Assembly: GCA_963774265.1 (NCBI GenBank) | Contig: CAVZDU010000003.1 | Location: forward strand, 128,001-192,000 | Reading direction: 5' to 3' | DNA from: an uncultured Chloroflexia bacterium | GTDB lineage: Bacteria; Chloroflexota; Anaerolineae; CG2-30-64-16 | DNA: 64,000 nt | In this document: in pieces, positions 44,380 to 51,301 of the stretch | How positions within the stretch are numbered: position 1 is the stretch's first letter | How the letters are laid out: each line of letters opens with the position of its first letter | Translations under genes and position numbers: made by a program | The notes under the pieces: generated by a model | Seen by the model: only the letters and a program-made list of their open reading frames with translations | Database searches by the model: none | What the model was told of the DNA's origin: nothing

Positions 44380-44911
44380 ATGGCATCCAACGATGATCTG
44401 AACAGCGGCGGGGTGGTCGCCAACCCAGGCCCGTTCGTCGTGTCCCATCCGTGTCCCGCGTGCCACGGGCGGGGTGACATCAACGGGCAGGCTTGTCCCA
44501 CGTGCCATGGCGTCGGTGTGGAGCGGTTCTACCACGGCACGACGGCCGACCTGAACACGGGCGATTTGATCGCAGCCTGGTCATGCTGCCAACTACGGCA
44601 AACTGGACCGGACCACGACCTACGTCTACCTGACCGGCACGTTGGATGCAGCCACCTGGGGGGCGGAATTGGCGCTCGGCGAGGGGCGCGGCAGGATCTA
44701 CCTAGTGGAACCGACCGGCGCAATCGAGGATGACCCGAATCTGACGGACAAGAAGTTCCCAGGCAATCCGACAAAGTCGTTTCGCTCTCGGGAGCCCCTG
44801 CGGGTCATAGGCGAGGTCGTGGGCTGGCAGGGGCACTCCCCCGAGCGGCTCAAGATCATGAAGGATGGCCTCGAGAGGCTCAGGGAACAGGGTGTTGAGC
44901 CAATCGACTGA
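44380..44911 (+). CDS. arr: Rifampin ADP-ribosyltransferase (Arr) gene cassette with N-terminal CxxCxGxG zinc finger; frameshift near 44573
   Basis: FYHGTTADL..GDLI, YVYLTGTLDAATWGAELA, GRIYLVEPTGAIEDDPNLTDKKFPGNPTKSFRSREPLRVIGEV and WQGHSPE. Confidence 0.85.
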
Positions 44912-44928
44912 CCGCTAGTAGACATGCT

Positions 44929-45026
44929 GGCTAACAAGCGCATCCAGCAGAAAGCGCGCCCCGTCAGGTATGCGCGGTAGGATAGCGCGACAGGGCGCGC
45001 TTCAGCTGATGCGCAACACGTTCGAC
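44929..45026 (+). other. attC site of the arr cassette
   Basis: R'' GGCTAAC, AAGCGCATCCAGC, an imperfect central palindrome (GCGCGCCCCGTC...GACAGGGCGCGC), GCTGATGCG, then R' GTTCGAC. Confidence 0.85.
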
Positions 45027-45062
45027 CGGCACCTTCACCGTCAAACACAGAAAGGAGACAGT

Positions 45063-45470
45063 ATGGTTACCCTGGATCGTACAAAAGAGAATCCATGGAG
45101 ACTCAAGACACCTCCCGGTACAGCCGAGTATACGATGCACATGGATGAGAAAGATGGGAAGGCCGTATTGGTCTGTACGGTTGGTTCTACAGTCCTTCTC
45201 TATGATGCGCGGTGTATCGAAGACCTTCATACTATGCTCAAGGCAGCGGGAAACTGGGTGGAACTTGGCGGCACCGATGAGCAGAAGCCGGCAAAGGAGG
45301 GAACGGTGGAAGCCTGGGGCCGTTCACCAGACAACCCAGTCGGCGGCTGGTATGGTTTGAAGAAGGGCCTCCGCGGTAGATTCGGCGTGTACCTTCCTCC
45401 GCTTATGGAAGAGTTGGGCCTGTGCGAGTTGGAGCACAACCCAAGGAACAATCATATGCGGGCAAAGTGA
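45063..45470 (+). CDS. DUF6855-like protein, second gene cassette
   Basis: GAAAGGAG RBS. PWRLKTPPGTAEYTMH, TVEAWGRSPDNPVGGWYGLKKGLRGRFGVYLPP and EHNPRNNHMRA. Lies directly after attC. Confidence 0.7.
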   Translation: MVTLDRTKENPWRLKTPPGTAEYTMHMDEKDGKAVLVCTVGSTVLLYDARCIEDLHTMLKAAGNWVELGGTDEQKPAKEGTVEAWGRSPDNPVGGWYGLKKGLRGRFGVYLPPLMEELGLCELEHNPRNNHMRAK

Positions 45471-45481
45471 CGCCTCTACCT

Positions 45482-45598
45482 CTGGCCCTGACACCAGAAA
45501 CCCTTGTCATCACACCAGAAGTGTTAACCCTGGCCGATGCCTATCAAGCGCAATGGCATTCTGACGCCCAAGTTCTACGCTGATAGGATGCACGTCAA
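45482..45598 (+). pseudogene. Fragment of a PIN-domain (VapC-like) gene
   Basis: Manual translation ETLVITPEVLTLADAYQA / GILTPKFYADRMHV (one frameshift) resembles the PIN region 'ITEEAL.LA..Y...GIL..K...DALHIA'. Confidence 0.4.
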
Positions 45599-45680
45599 GG
45601 GGCAGCACGGTTCGCCGTTGTGGGTGGTGCTCGCGTGGGGCGGGGCTGGTCATCGGGGCGGGGCCTAACCTTCGGTTCCA

Positions 45681-47468
45681 AGATTCTGCTGGCAAACACT
45701 AAGCCGCTAACTGTATGGCAGCCAGACAAGCCAGGCTGGGCGGCCGCGTGGTACCAGGGCGATAGCCCATGAGCCACAGGGCCGCGCGTCTGACGTTGAC
45801 GGCGATGGCAATCAGCAGGTTTTGGACGTGTGTTTTGGTGGCGCCCTTGTAGCGCGAGCGGCGAGCGCCATGGGCGCGGATCAGGGCGGAGATGGTGCCT
45901 TCGACGCCCGCCCGCAGGGTGTACTCGGCGTGAAAGTCAGCGGTCTGCTGATGCTGGCGACCGGTCTGCAGGGTCTCGTAGTAGGCCTTGAGTTTGAGTG
46001 TGCGACCCCCCGTCTCACTCCGCGTGCAGCGCTCCCGCACAGGACAGGCGCGGCAGGTGGCTTGTGGAAACTCGATCTGGATTTCGCGCGGCTCAGCGCG
46101 GGCACTGGCCCGCCAGCGATAGGATGTTTGGCCTTGCGGACAGATGGCGTGTTGCTGCTGGTGATCGATGTGGAACTGATCCAGGGTGATGCCACCCTGC
46201 GTATGGGCTTGCCAACTGACATCGGCGGGCAGGGGGCCGATCAGGCGCACCCCGTAGTCGGCGGCGCTGTCAACGACGTTGCGTCCCGAGGTGTAACCGC
46301 CATCGACCCAATGGGCGCTGGGCAGCAGAGCGCGTCGCTGCAGGTCGGCATGAATCTTGGGGAGCAGTTCGACATCGCGCTCGGCGGTGGAGGTCGTTGC
46401 CACATGGGTGATCAGGTGCGGCTGGTCGTGGTCGCAGGTCTCGGTCCAATGCACGGCGTAGCCGGTCCACGCCTGGGCATCATGCGCCGTGAAACGCGCC
46501 TCTGGATCATGCGGAGTGACAATGACCTGCCCAGCTGGAGGCTTATCAGCCTTGGCGCGCCAGCGCGGCCCATCCGCAGGGCGTTCGAATTGCTGCGTCC
46601 AGACCTCGGCCAAGACAACCACCGCCGGCAAGGTCGCCGCCTGGCTGGGCACGTCCGCTCGCTGCAGGGCGTCCAGCAGATGATAACCGTCCCGCCCGAT
46701 GTCCAGGGCCAGCGCCGCCTGCTTCTCCTTGGTGCGCGGCAGCCGAAAGCCGGTCAGCACCAGACCATAGCGCGCGGACCAATGTGGCAGGGCAATCGTC
46801 CGCAACCAGGCCGGCCGGTACTCGGACAGCGCTTCCAGCGCCAGCCGGACCGTCTCGGCCACCAACTGCAGCCGGTTCAGCAACTGCGTCGCCGCCAGCA
46901 CGGCCGCCGAATCGGTGCGTTGCCGGCCCCCCTTCTTGAGCAGGTTCAAAGCCACCAAGCGCTTCAGCACGTGTTCAAACATATCTTGGGCGCGCTCGTG
47001 TGCGGCCAGTCGTTGCCGAAACTCGCTCAGCACCGAGCTATCGAAGCCCGTGTCCTCCAAGGCCAGATGCAGAGCATATTTCCAGTCAATGCGCGAGCGC
47101 ACGGCGTCAGCCGCTTCGCTATCGGGCAGGTTCTCCATGAACTGGAAGATCGTGACCAAAGCCAGCAGATTGGGCGACAGTGCCGGCGCACCGTCGGCGG
47201 CGTACAGGGCTGCAAAATCCAGGCCCTCGAAGAGGTTGCCCAGATGGTCGCCAATCGTCACGTAGATGTTGCCCTTACGTCTGAATGCCGCCTTCGCAAC
47301 ACGCGCGGTCGCCTCCGGCAGGATGGGAAATGATGCGGCGGGTAGTGACATGCAGAACCTCCGGCTGAACATAGGCTTGCTAGCGTGCGGCCCACACTAC
47401 CCGCCCCGCTCTGTTTTGTCAACGCCGTCGCACGCCACTTCAGCCCTAGCTGTTTGCCAGCAGAATCT
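45681..47468 (-). mobile_element. IS1182-family insertion sequence
   Basis: Perfect 18-bp terminal IR AGATTCTGCTGGCAAACA / TGTTTGCCAGCAGAATCT. Target duplication TCCA, or TTCCAA if the IR is read as 17 bp. Confidence 0.9.
45699..47372 (-). CDS. IS1182-family DDE transposase
   Basis: RIDWKYALHL, FDSSVLSEFRQRL, QRTDS, GYAVHWTETCD, VDGGY, CPQG, CRACPVRERC and YTLRAGVEGTIS. Confidence 0.9.
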   Translation of the reverse strand: MFSRRFCMSLPAASFPILPEATARVAKAAFRRKGNIYVTIGDHLGNLFEGLDFAALYAADGAPALSPNLLALVTIFQFMENLPDSEAADAVRSRIDWKYALHLALEDTGFDSSVLSEFRQRLAAHERAQDMFEHVLKRLVALNLLKKGGRQRTDSAAVLAATQLLNRLQLVAETVRLALEALSEYRPAWLRTIALPHWSARYGLVLTGFRLPRTKEKQAALALDIGRDGYHLLDALQRADVPSQAATLPAVVVLAEVWTQQFERPADGPRWRAKADKPPAGQVIVTPHDPEARFTAHDAQAWTGYAVHWTETCDHDQPHLITHVATTSTAERDVELLPKIHADLQRRALLPSAHWVDGGYTSGRNVVDSAADYGVRLIGPLPADVSWQAHTQGGITLDQFHIDHQQQHAICPQGQTSYRWRASARAEPREIQIEFPQATCRACPVRERCTRSETGGRTLKLKAYYETLQTGRQHQQTADFHAEYTLRAGVEGTISALIRAHGARRSRYKGATKTHVQNLLIAIAVNVRRAALWLMGYRPGTTRPPSLACLAAIQLAA

Positions 47469-47479
47469 TCCAACTGACG

Positions 47480-47723
47480 GCTGGCCGAAGAAGGGCAACT
47501 GGCTGAGGCGGAAGCGGTCGCGTCAAAGCGAGTGCTGGCGTTTCAGATCGCCAAGCTGATGGCAGAACAGCAGTTGACGAAGGCGGAGATGGCGCGCCGC
47601 ATGAACACAAGCCGTGCGGCGGTAGATGGGTTGCTGGATTCTGACACTGAATCGGCCACGCTGGCAACTCTGGAAAAGGCAGCGGCCGCGCTTGGACGCA
47701 GGCTGCACATTGCTTTGGTGTAG
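47480..47723 (+). pseudogene. XRE/Fis-like HTH antitoxin, 5'-truncated cassette
   Basis: LAEEGQLAEAEAVASKRVLAFQIAKLMAEQQLTKAEMARRMNTSRAAVDGLLD..SATLATLEKAA. The N-terminus is missing and it is fused to a left half-attC. Confidence 0.7.
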
Positions 47724-47864
47724 TGGTTGGGTTCGAGGCCACGGGCCTAACGGCCACCGCTCCAGCCGCCGCCAAAGCCACGATAACTGTTCAAATACCG
47801 GGCAAGGGCGATCAAGAGGAATCACGCGGACCTGATTTCGAGGAGCAAAGAACGGGGCAGAAAA

Positions 47865-47983
47865 ATAAGCAGAAGAAGACTATTGCATCAGACGTTTGGG
47901 TTGACGCTAATTGTGTTATTGCTAGCTGGGTGCGGCGGAGCGCCAGCCGAGCCGACTGCTACGCCGCCCCCCATTCCATCGTC
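47865..47983 (+). pseudogene. Truncated lipoprotein gene (cassette remnant)
   Basis: RRRLLHQTFGLTLIVLLLAGCGGAPAEPTATP has a LAGC lipobox and a PT linker. It is cut by the IS remnant and preceded by a degenerate attC R'' GCCTAAC at 47745. Confidence 0.5.
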
Positions 47984-48140
47984 GCATCCGCACGGTGTTC
48001 AAAATTGTGGTACACTGCCAACTGAAACTGTTCCAACTGCGGGAAGGTGTTTGTGTTCATCCCCCCACCGTGGAGCAGTTTCGTGAATCACGTCAATTCT
48101 GGCGATGCACCCGTCACAGCAACGATTGTCCAAAGTCCAG
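47972..48140 (-). pseudogene. IS left end with truncated IS701-like/NF041680-type transposase 5' end (copy 2)
   Basis: The minus strand reads CTGGACTTTGGACA ... ATG MNTNTFPQLEQFQLAVYHNFEHRADATME. Confidence 0.55.
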
Positions 48141-48161
48141 TCTTCTCCCACGTGGCTCGTT

Positions 48162-48189
48162 TTGTATTTCACAAGGCCGGTGTTACACT
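48162..48189 (+). promoter_or_regulatory. Putative promoter of the cysteine desulfurase/YedF operon
   Basis: TTGTAT-16-TACACT with an extended TG (TGTTACACT). Confidence 0.5.
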
Positions 48190-48253
48190 CATTGCATCGG
48201 ACCTTCCGGGTTCTGTGGCCCGATTTCCGCACCAAACCATCAGGAGCGCAGTC

Positions 48254-48358
48254 GTGTCCTTGCATCACCGCCAAACCTGACCCACCACCCGGATCGCCGG
48301 CCGGCGATCACGGGGTGATCCACATACGTGGGCCGGCGGCGGTGACGCCCCGCCCTGA
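48254..48358 (+). CDS. Putative selenocysteine-containing leader peptide MSLHHRQT-U-PTTRIAGRRSRGDPHTWAGGGDAPP
   Basis: AGGAG RBS 7 nt before GTG 48254. In-frame TGA at 48278-48280 is followed 11 nt later by hairpin GATCGCC-GGCC-GGCGATC. The next TGA is at 48356. Confidence 0.55.
48281..48317 (+). promoter_or_regulatory. Bacterial SECIS-like hairpin
   Basis: Upper stem 48292-48298/48303-48309 with a G-first loop 18 nt after the UGA. Bulged lower stem CACCC/GGGTG. Confidence 0.55.
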
Positions 48359-48420
48359 TCTGGCCTGGCATCTCCCGCCTGAGCCGTCGCCCGCGTATGT
48401 GAGCGACGGTTTTTTGTTGT
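48321..48420 (+). terminator. Attenuator: intrinsic terminator with mutually exclusive antiterminator
   Basis: Terminator CCGTCGC(48384-90)/GCGACGG(48403-09) followed by TTTTTTGTTGT. 48321-48340 pairs with 48383-48401 (19 bp, 1 bulge, 2 G-U). Confidence 0.75.
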
Positions 48421-48437
48421 CCACTTCAGGAGCGGGA

Positions 48438-49634
48438 ATGATCTACTTCGACAACGCAGCCACGTCCTGGCCCAAGCCGCCCTGCGTGGCCGAGGCGATG
48501 ACACACTACCTGGCCGAAATCGGCGCCAACCCGGGCCGGTCCGGCCACCGCCTGGCTGTCGATGCGGCACGCGTGATTTACAGCGCACGCGAGGCCGTGG
48601 CCGAATTGTTCGGCGCGCCCGACCCCCTGCGGGTGGTCTTTGGCGCGAACGCGACTGAGGCGCTCAACCTGGCGCTGAACGGGCTCCTGACGCCGGGCGA
48701 CCATGTGATCACGGCCAGCATGGAGCACAACTCCGTGATGCGGCCACTGCGCAACCTGGAGCGCCAGGGCGTGGCGCTGACAGTGGTGCGCTGCTCGCCC
48801 CAGGGTGAGCTCAATCCGGAGGAGCTTGAGGCGGCTATCCGGCCGGACACCCGGCTGATCGTCCTCAACCACGCATCCAACGTCACCGGCACGCTCCTGC
48901 CGGTGGCGGAGGTGGGGCATATCGCTCGATCCCGTGGGATCCCACGATCTCGTGGGATCCCACGATCCCACGGCATCCTGCTGCTGGTCGACGCGGCGCA
49001 GACCGCGGGCGCTTACCCCATCGACGTGCAGGCCGACGCCATCGACCTGCTCGCGTTCAGCGGCCACAAGTCGCTGTACGGGCCGATGGGCACGGGTGGA
49101 CTGGTCATCGGCGAGCGGGTTGATGAGTCGCAGCTTGCGCCACTGAAGCGCGGGGGCACGGGCAGCCGCTCGGAGTACGAAGAGCAGCCCGAGTTTCTGC
49201 CCGACCTGTGCGAGAGCGGGACGCCCAACGCGGTCGGGCTGGCCGGCCTGGCCGCCGGCACGCGCTGGGTCCTGGCGCAGGGGATGGACCACATCCGATC
49301 GCACGAGGTGGCCCTGACCGGGCGGTTGCTGGCCGGGCTCGATGCCATCCCCGGCGTCACTGTCTATGGCACGGGCGATGCTCAGCGCCAGACCGCCACG
49401 GTGTCCTTCAACATCGCCGGCATCGAACCGTCTGAGGTCGGGTTGCGCCTGGACGATGAGTACGGGATCATGTGCCGCGTTGGGCTGCACTGTTCGCCGG
49501 CCGCGCACCGCACCTTGGGCACCTTCCCCTCTGGGACGGTGCGCTTCGGGCTGGGTGTGTTCAACACGGCTGAGGAAGTGGGGGCCGCGCTGGACGCAGT
49601 GGCCTCCCTGGCGCAGGAGGCGCGCTTCGCGTGA
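48438..49634 (+). CDS. Cysteine desulfurase/selenocysteine lyase family PLP enzyme (class V aminotransferase)
   Basis: AGGAG RBS. MIYFDNAATSWPKP, NPGRSGH, EHNSVMRP, VDAAQTAG, FSGHKSLYGPMGTGG, ESGTPN and RVGLHCSP. Confidence 0.9.
   Translation: MIYFDNAATSWPKPPCVAEAMTHYLAEIGANPGRSGHRLAVDAARVIYSAREAVAELFGAPDPLRVVFGANATEALNLALNGLLTPGDHVITASMEHNSVMRPLRNLERQGVALTVVRCSPQGELNPEELEAAIRPDTRLIVLNHASNVTGTLLPVAEVGHIARSRGIPRSRGIPRSHGILLLVDAAQTAGAYPIDVQADAIDLLAFSGHKSLYGPMGTGGLVIGERVDESQLAPLKRGGTGSRSEYEEQPEFLPDLCESGTPNAVGLAGLAAGTRWVLAQGMDHIRSHEVALTGRLLAGLDAIPGVTVYGTGDAQRQTATVSFNIAGIEPSEVGLRLDDEYGIMCRVGLHCSPAAHRTLGTFPSGTVRFGLGVFNTAEEVGAALDAVASLAQEARFA
48927..48980 (+). repeat. In-frame 18-bp tandem triplication (RSRGIP RSRGIP RSHGIL)
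   Basis: CGATCCCGTGGGATCCCA / CGATCTCGTGGGATCCCA / CGATCCCACGGCATCCTG. Confidence 0.85.
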
Positions 49635-49858
49635 GCGGGGAAGGCTACGCAGTCATCCTGGTTTATTCCACCAGCCATGCCATGCGCATCGAAAAGCTGC
49701 TGGCGGAGCGGGGGATCACCTGCAAGATGATCCCCGTCCCGCGGCGGATCAGTTCCGATTGCGGGGTCTGCGTCCGCATCCTGCGCTCTCAGGTCGAGGC
49801 TGCCCGCATGACCGTACAGGATGCCAGGATCGAAATCCAGGACATCGTCGATGTTTGA
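49631..49858 (+). CDS. DUF3343 family protein (putative Se/S carrier)
   Basis: STSHAMRIEKLL...IPVPRRISSDCGVCVR. GTGA overlap with the upstream stop. Confidence 0.8.
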   Translation: MSGEGYAVILVYSTSHAMRIEKLLAERGITCKMIPVPRRISSDCGVCVRILRSQVEAARMTVQDARIEIQDIVDV

Positions 49859-49876
49859 ACATAACGGAGGTGAACA

Positions 49877-50275
49877 GTGAAGTCTGACGCGCAAGTTCAG
49901 CAGGCGGCTGGCCATGCTGTCGATATCGGGTCTGCCGGCGGATCGTCGGTGCTGCTCGTCGCCAGCGAAATCGTTGGCCGCGGCGATGAAGAACTGGGGC
50001 ATATCCTGGTTCGGAGTTTCTTCCATGCCCTGGGTGAAGTGCAGCCGCTGCCCGACACGATTATCTTTCTCAACAGCGGAGTCAAGCTCGTCGCGGCCGG
50101 TTCGCCTGTGGTGGCTGACCTTTCTGGCCTGAGCGATCGAGGGGTCGCCATTCTCGCGTGCGGCACCTGCCTGGGTTACTATGAGTTGAAGGACAAGGTC
50201 GCGGTCGGGGAGATCTCCAACATGTACGCGATTGCTGAGACCTTGCTGAGCGCCAGGAAAGTGATCAGCCTGTGA
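49877..50275 (+). CDS. yedF: Selenium-metabolism sulfurtransferase YedF (DsrE-like domain)
   Basis: GRGDEELGHILVRSFF, IIFLNSGVKL, ILACGTCLGYY and VGEISNMY. Confidence 0.8.
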   Translation: MKSDAQVQQAAGHAVDIGSAGGSSVLLVASEIVGRGDEELGHILVRSFFHALGEVQPLPDTIIFLNSGVKLVAAGSPVVADLSGLSDRGVAILACGTCLGYYELKDKVAVGEISNMYAIAETLLSARKVISL

Positions 50276-50345
50276 CCAAGGGGTGAGTCTGCATTGCCCT
50301 TGCGCCCTGGGCCGAGCGCCCTATAATGGGTCGTGAGGAGCGTAC

Positions 50346-51245
50346 ATGACCTTCGTCCGCGAGATCGAGGCCAGGACTTTGCTGAGCGCCGCGAAGACGC
50401 CGGACCCCTGGTTCGGCATCAAGTACACGATGAACCTCTACCGCGGCTGCCAGCATCGCTGCATCTATTGTGACAGCCGCAGCGAGTGTTACGGGATCGC
50501 GGATTTCGATGGCGAGCTGCTGGTCAAGACCAACGCGCTGGACCTGCTGGGCAAGGAGCTCAAGCGCAAGCGCGTGAAGGGCTACGTGGGTACGGGCTCG
50601 ATGAACGACCCCTACATGCCTGCGGAGTGCGAGTTGCGGCTCACGCGCGGCGCACTGGAGATCCTTGCCGAGCACGCCTTCCCGGTTCATGTGCTGACCA
50701 AGAGCGACCTGGTGCTGCGAGATGCGGATCTGCTGGCTGAGCTGGAACGCCGCGCCGCGTCCCCCGAGTCTCCCGGTGCAGTGATCAGCTTCACGATCAC
50801 CACGGCGGACGACGACCTTGCACGCCAGTTGGAGCCGGGTGCACCCTCGCCCTCGCGCCGGTTTGCGGCGCTGGAAGCGCTATCGAAACGGGGACTGTGC
50901 ACCGGTGTCATGCTCATGCCGGTGTTGCCCTTTCTGGAGGATGCGCCGGAGAGCGTGGCGGAGGTTGTGCGGCGGGCTGCCGGGTGCGGCGCGCACCATG
51001 TCGTGCCCGCCTTCGGAGTCACCTTGCGCGACCGCCAGCGCGACCACTTTTACCGGGAGTTGGAGGCCCGATTCCCCGGCGTTCGTGAACGCTACGAGCG
51101 GAGCTTCGGAACCCGTTATCAGGCCTCTGCGCGCAATACCGCGAGGCTGGAGGCCGTCTTCGCCGAGCTGGCCGCGCGTCATGGCCTGGCCCGCCGCGTC
51201 GCCCCGTGGGTCCCACCGGGTCCGGAGCAGCTGGCGCTGCTCTAG
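50346..51245 (+). CDS. Radical SAM protein (SplB/Rv2578c-like)
   Basis: MNLYRGCQHRCIYCDSRS (CxxxCxxC), GSMNDPY, LTKSDLVLRD and LEPGAPSP. Confidence 0.85.
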   Translation: MTFVREIEARTLLSAAKTPDPWFGIKYTMNLYRGCQHRCIYCDSRSECYGIADFDGELLVKTNALDLLGKELKRKRVKGYVGTGSMNDPYMPAECELRLTRGALEILAEHAFPVHVLTKSDLVLRDADLLAELERRAASPESPGAVISFTITTADDDLARQLEPGAPSPSRRFAALEALSKRGLCTGVMLMPVLPFLEDAPESVAEVVRRAAGCGAHHVVPAFGVTLRDRQRDHFYRELEARFPGVRERYERSFGTRYQASARNTARLEAVFAELAARHGLARRVAPWVPPGPEQLALL

Positions 51246-51246
51246 G

Positions 51247-51297
51247 AAGGTGCCCGGCACCGCGATCCTGCGGATCGTTGAAGTGCCGGGCACCTCC
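51247..51297. repeat. Intergenic REP-like hairpin between convergent genes (possible bidirectional terminator)
   Basis: AGGTGCCCGGCAC...GTGCCGGGCACCT. Confidence 0.7.
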
Positions 51298-51301
51298 TTA
51301 A

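Larger units (their letters stand above)
43912..48140. mobile_element. Non-autonomous composite element bounded by two inverted IS left-end remnants, carrying an integron fragment
   Basis: Ends TTGGACTTTGGGCA (43912) and TGTCCAAAGTCCAG (ending 48140) are 12/14 inverted. Direct repeat TCTTCTC flanks both (43905-43911 and 48141-48147). Internal 85-bp inverted repeat at 43929-44013 / 47984-48068 (79/85 identical). Confidence 0.65.

Noticed and set aside
45822-47333. Long antisense ORFs (503 aa here; also 30148-31374, 55174-56538, 5446-6780)
   Set aside because: They are shadow or alternate frames of recognisable genes, expected in high-GC DNA.
43929-48068. 85-bp inverted repeats as invertase sites or outward promoter cassettes (TGTGGTACACT)
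   Set aside because: No recombinase is nearby. The repeats are better explained as transposase 5' ends with IS termini and a target duplication, although incidental promoter activity is not excluded.
47999-48274. 91-aa minus-strand ORF with CxxC motifs
   Set aside because: It spans the IS end, target duplication and promoter, and has no recognisable family, so it is likely spurious.
48338-48356. GGCGG-TGACGCC-CCGCC as a fluoride riboswitch or T-box
   Set aside because: The fluoride pseudoknot partner and the T-box UGGN bulge consensus are absent.
48105-48437. 509-aa version of the cysteine desulfurase with a long N-terminal extension
   Set aside because: The family starts at MIYFDNAAT with an AGGAG RBS at 48438. 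The extension crosses the promoter, leader and terminator.
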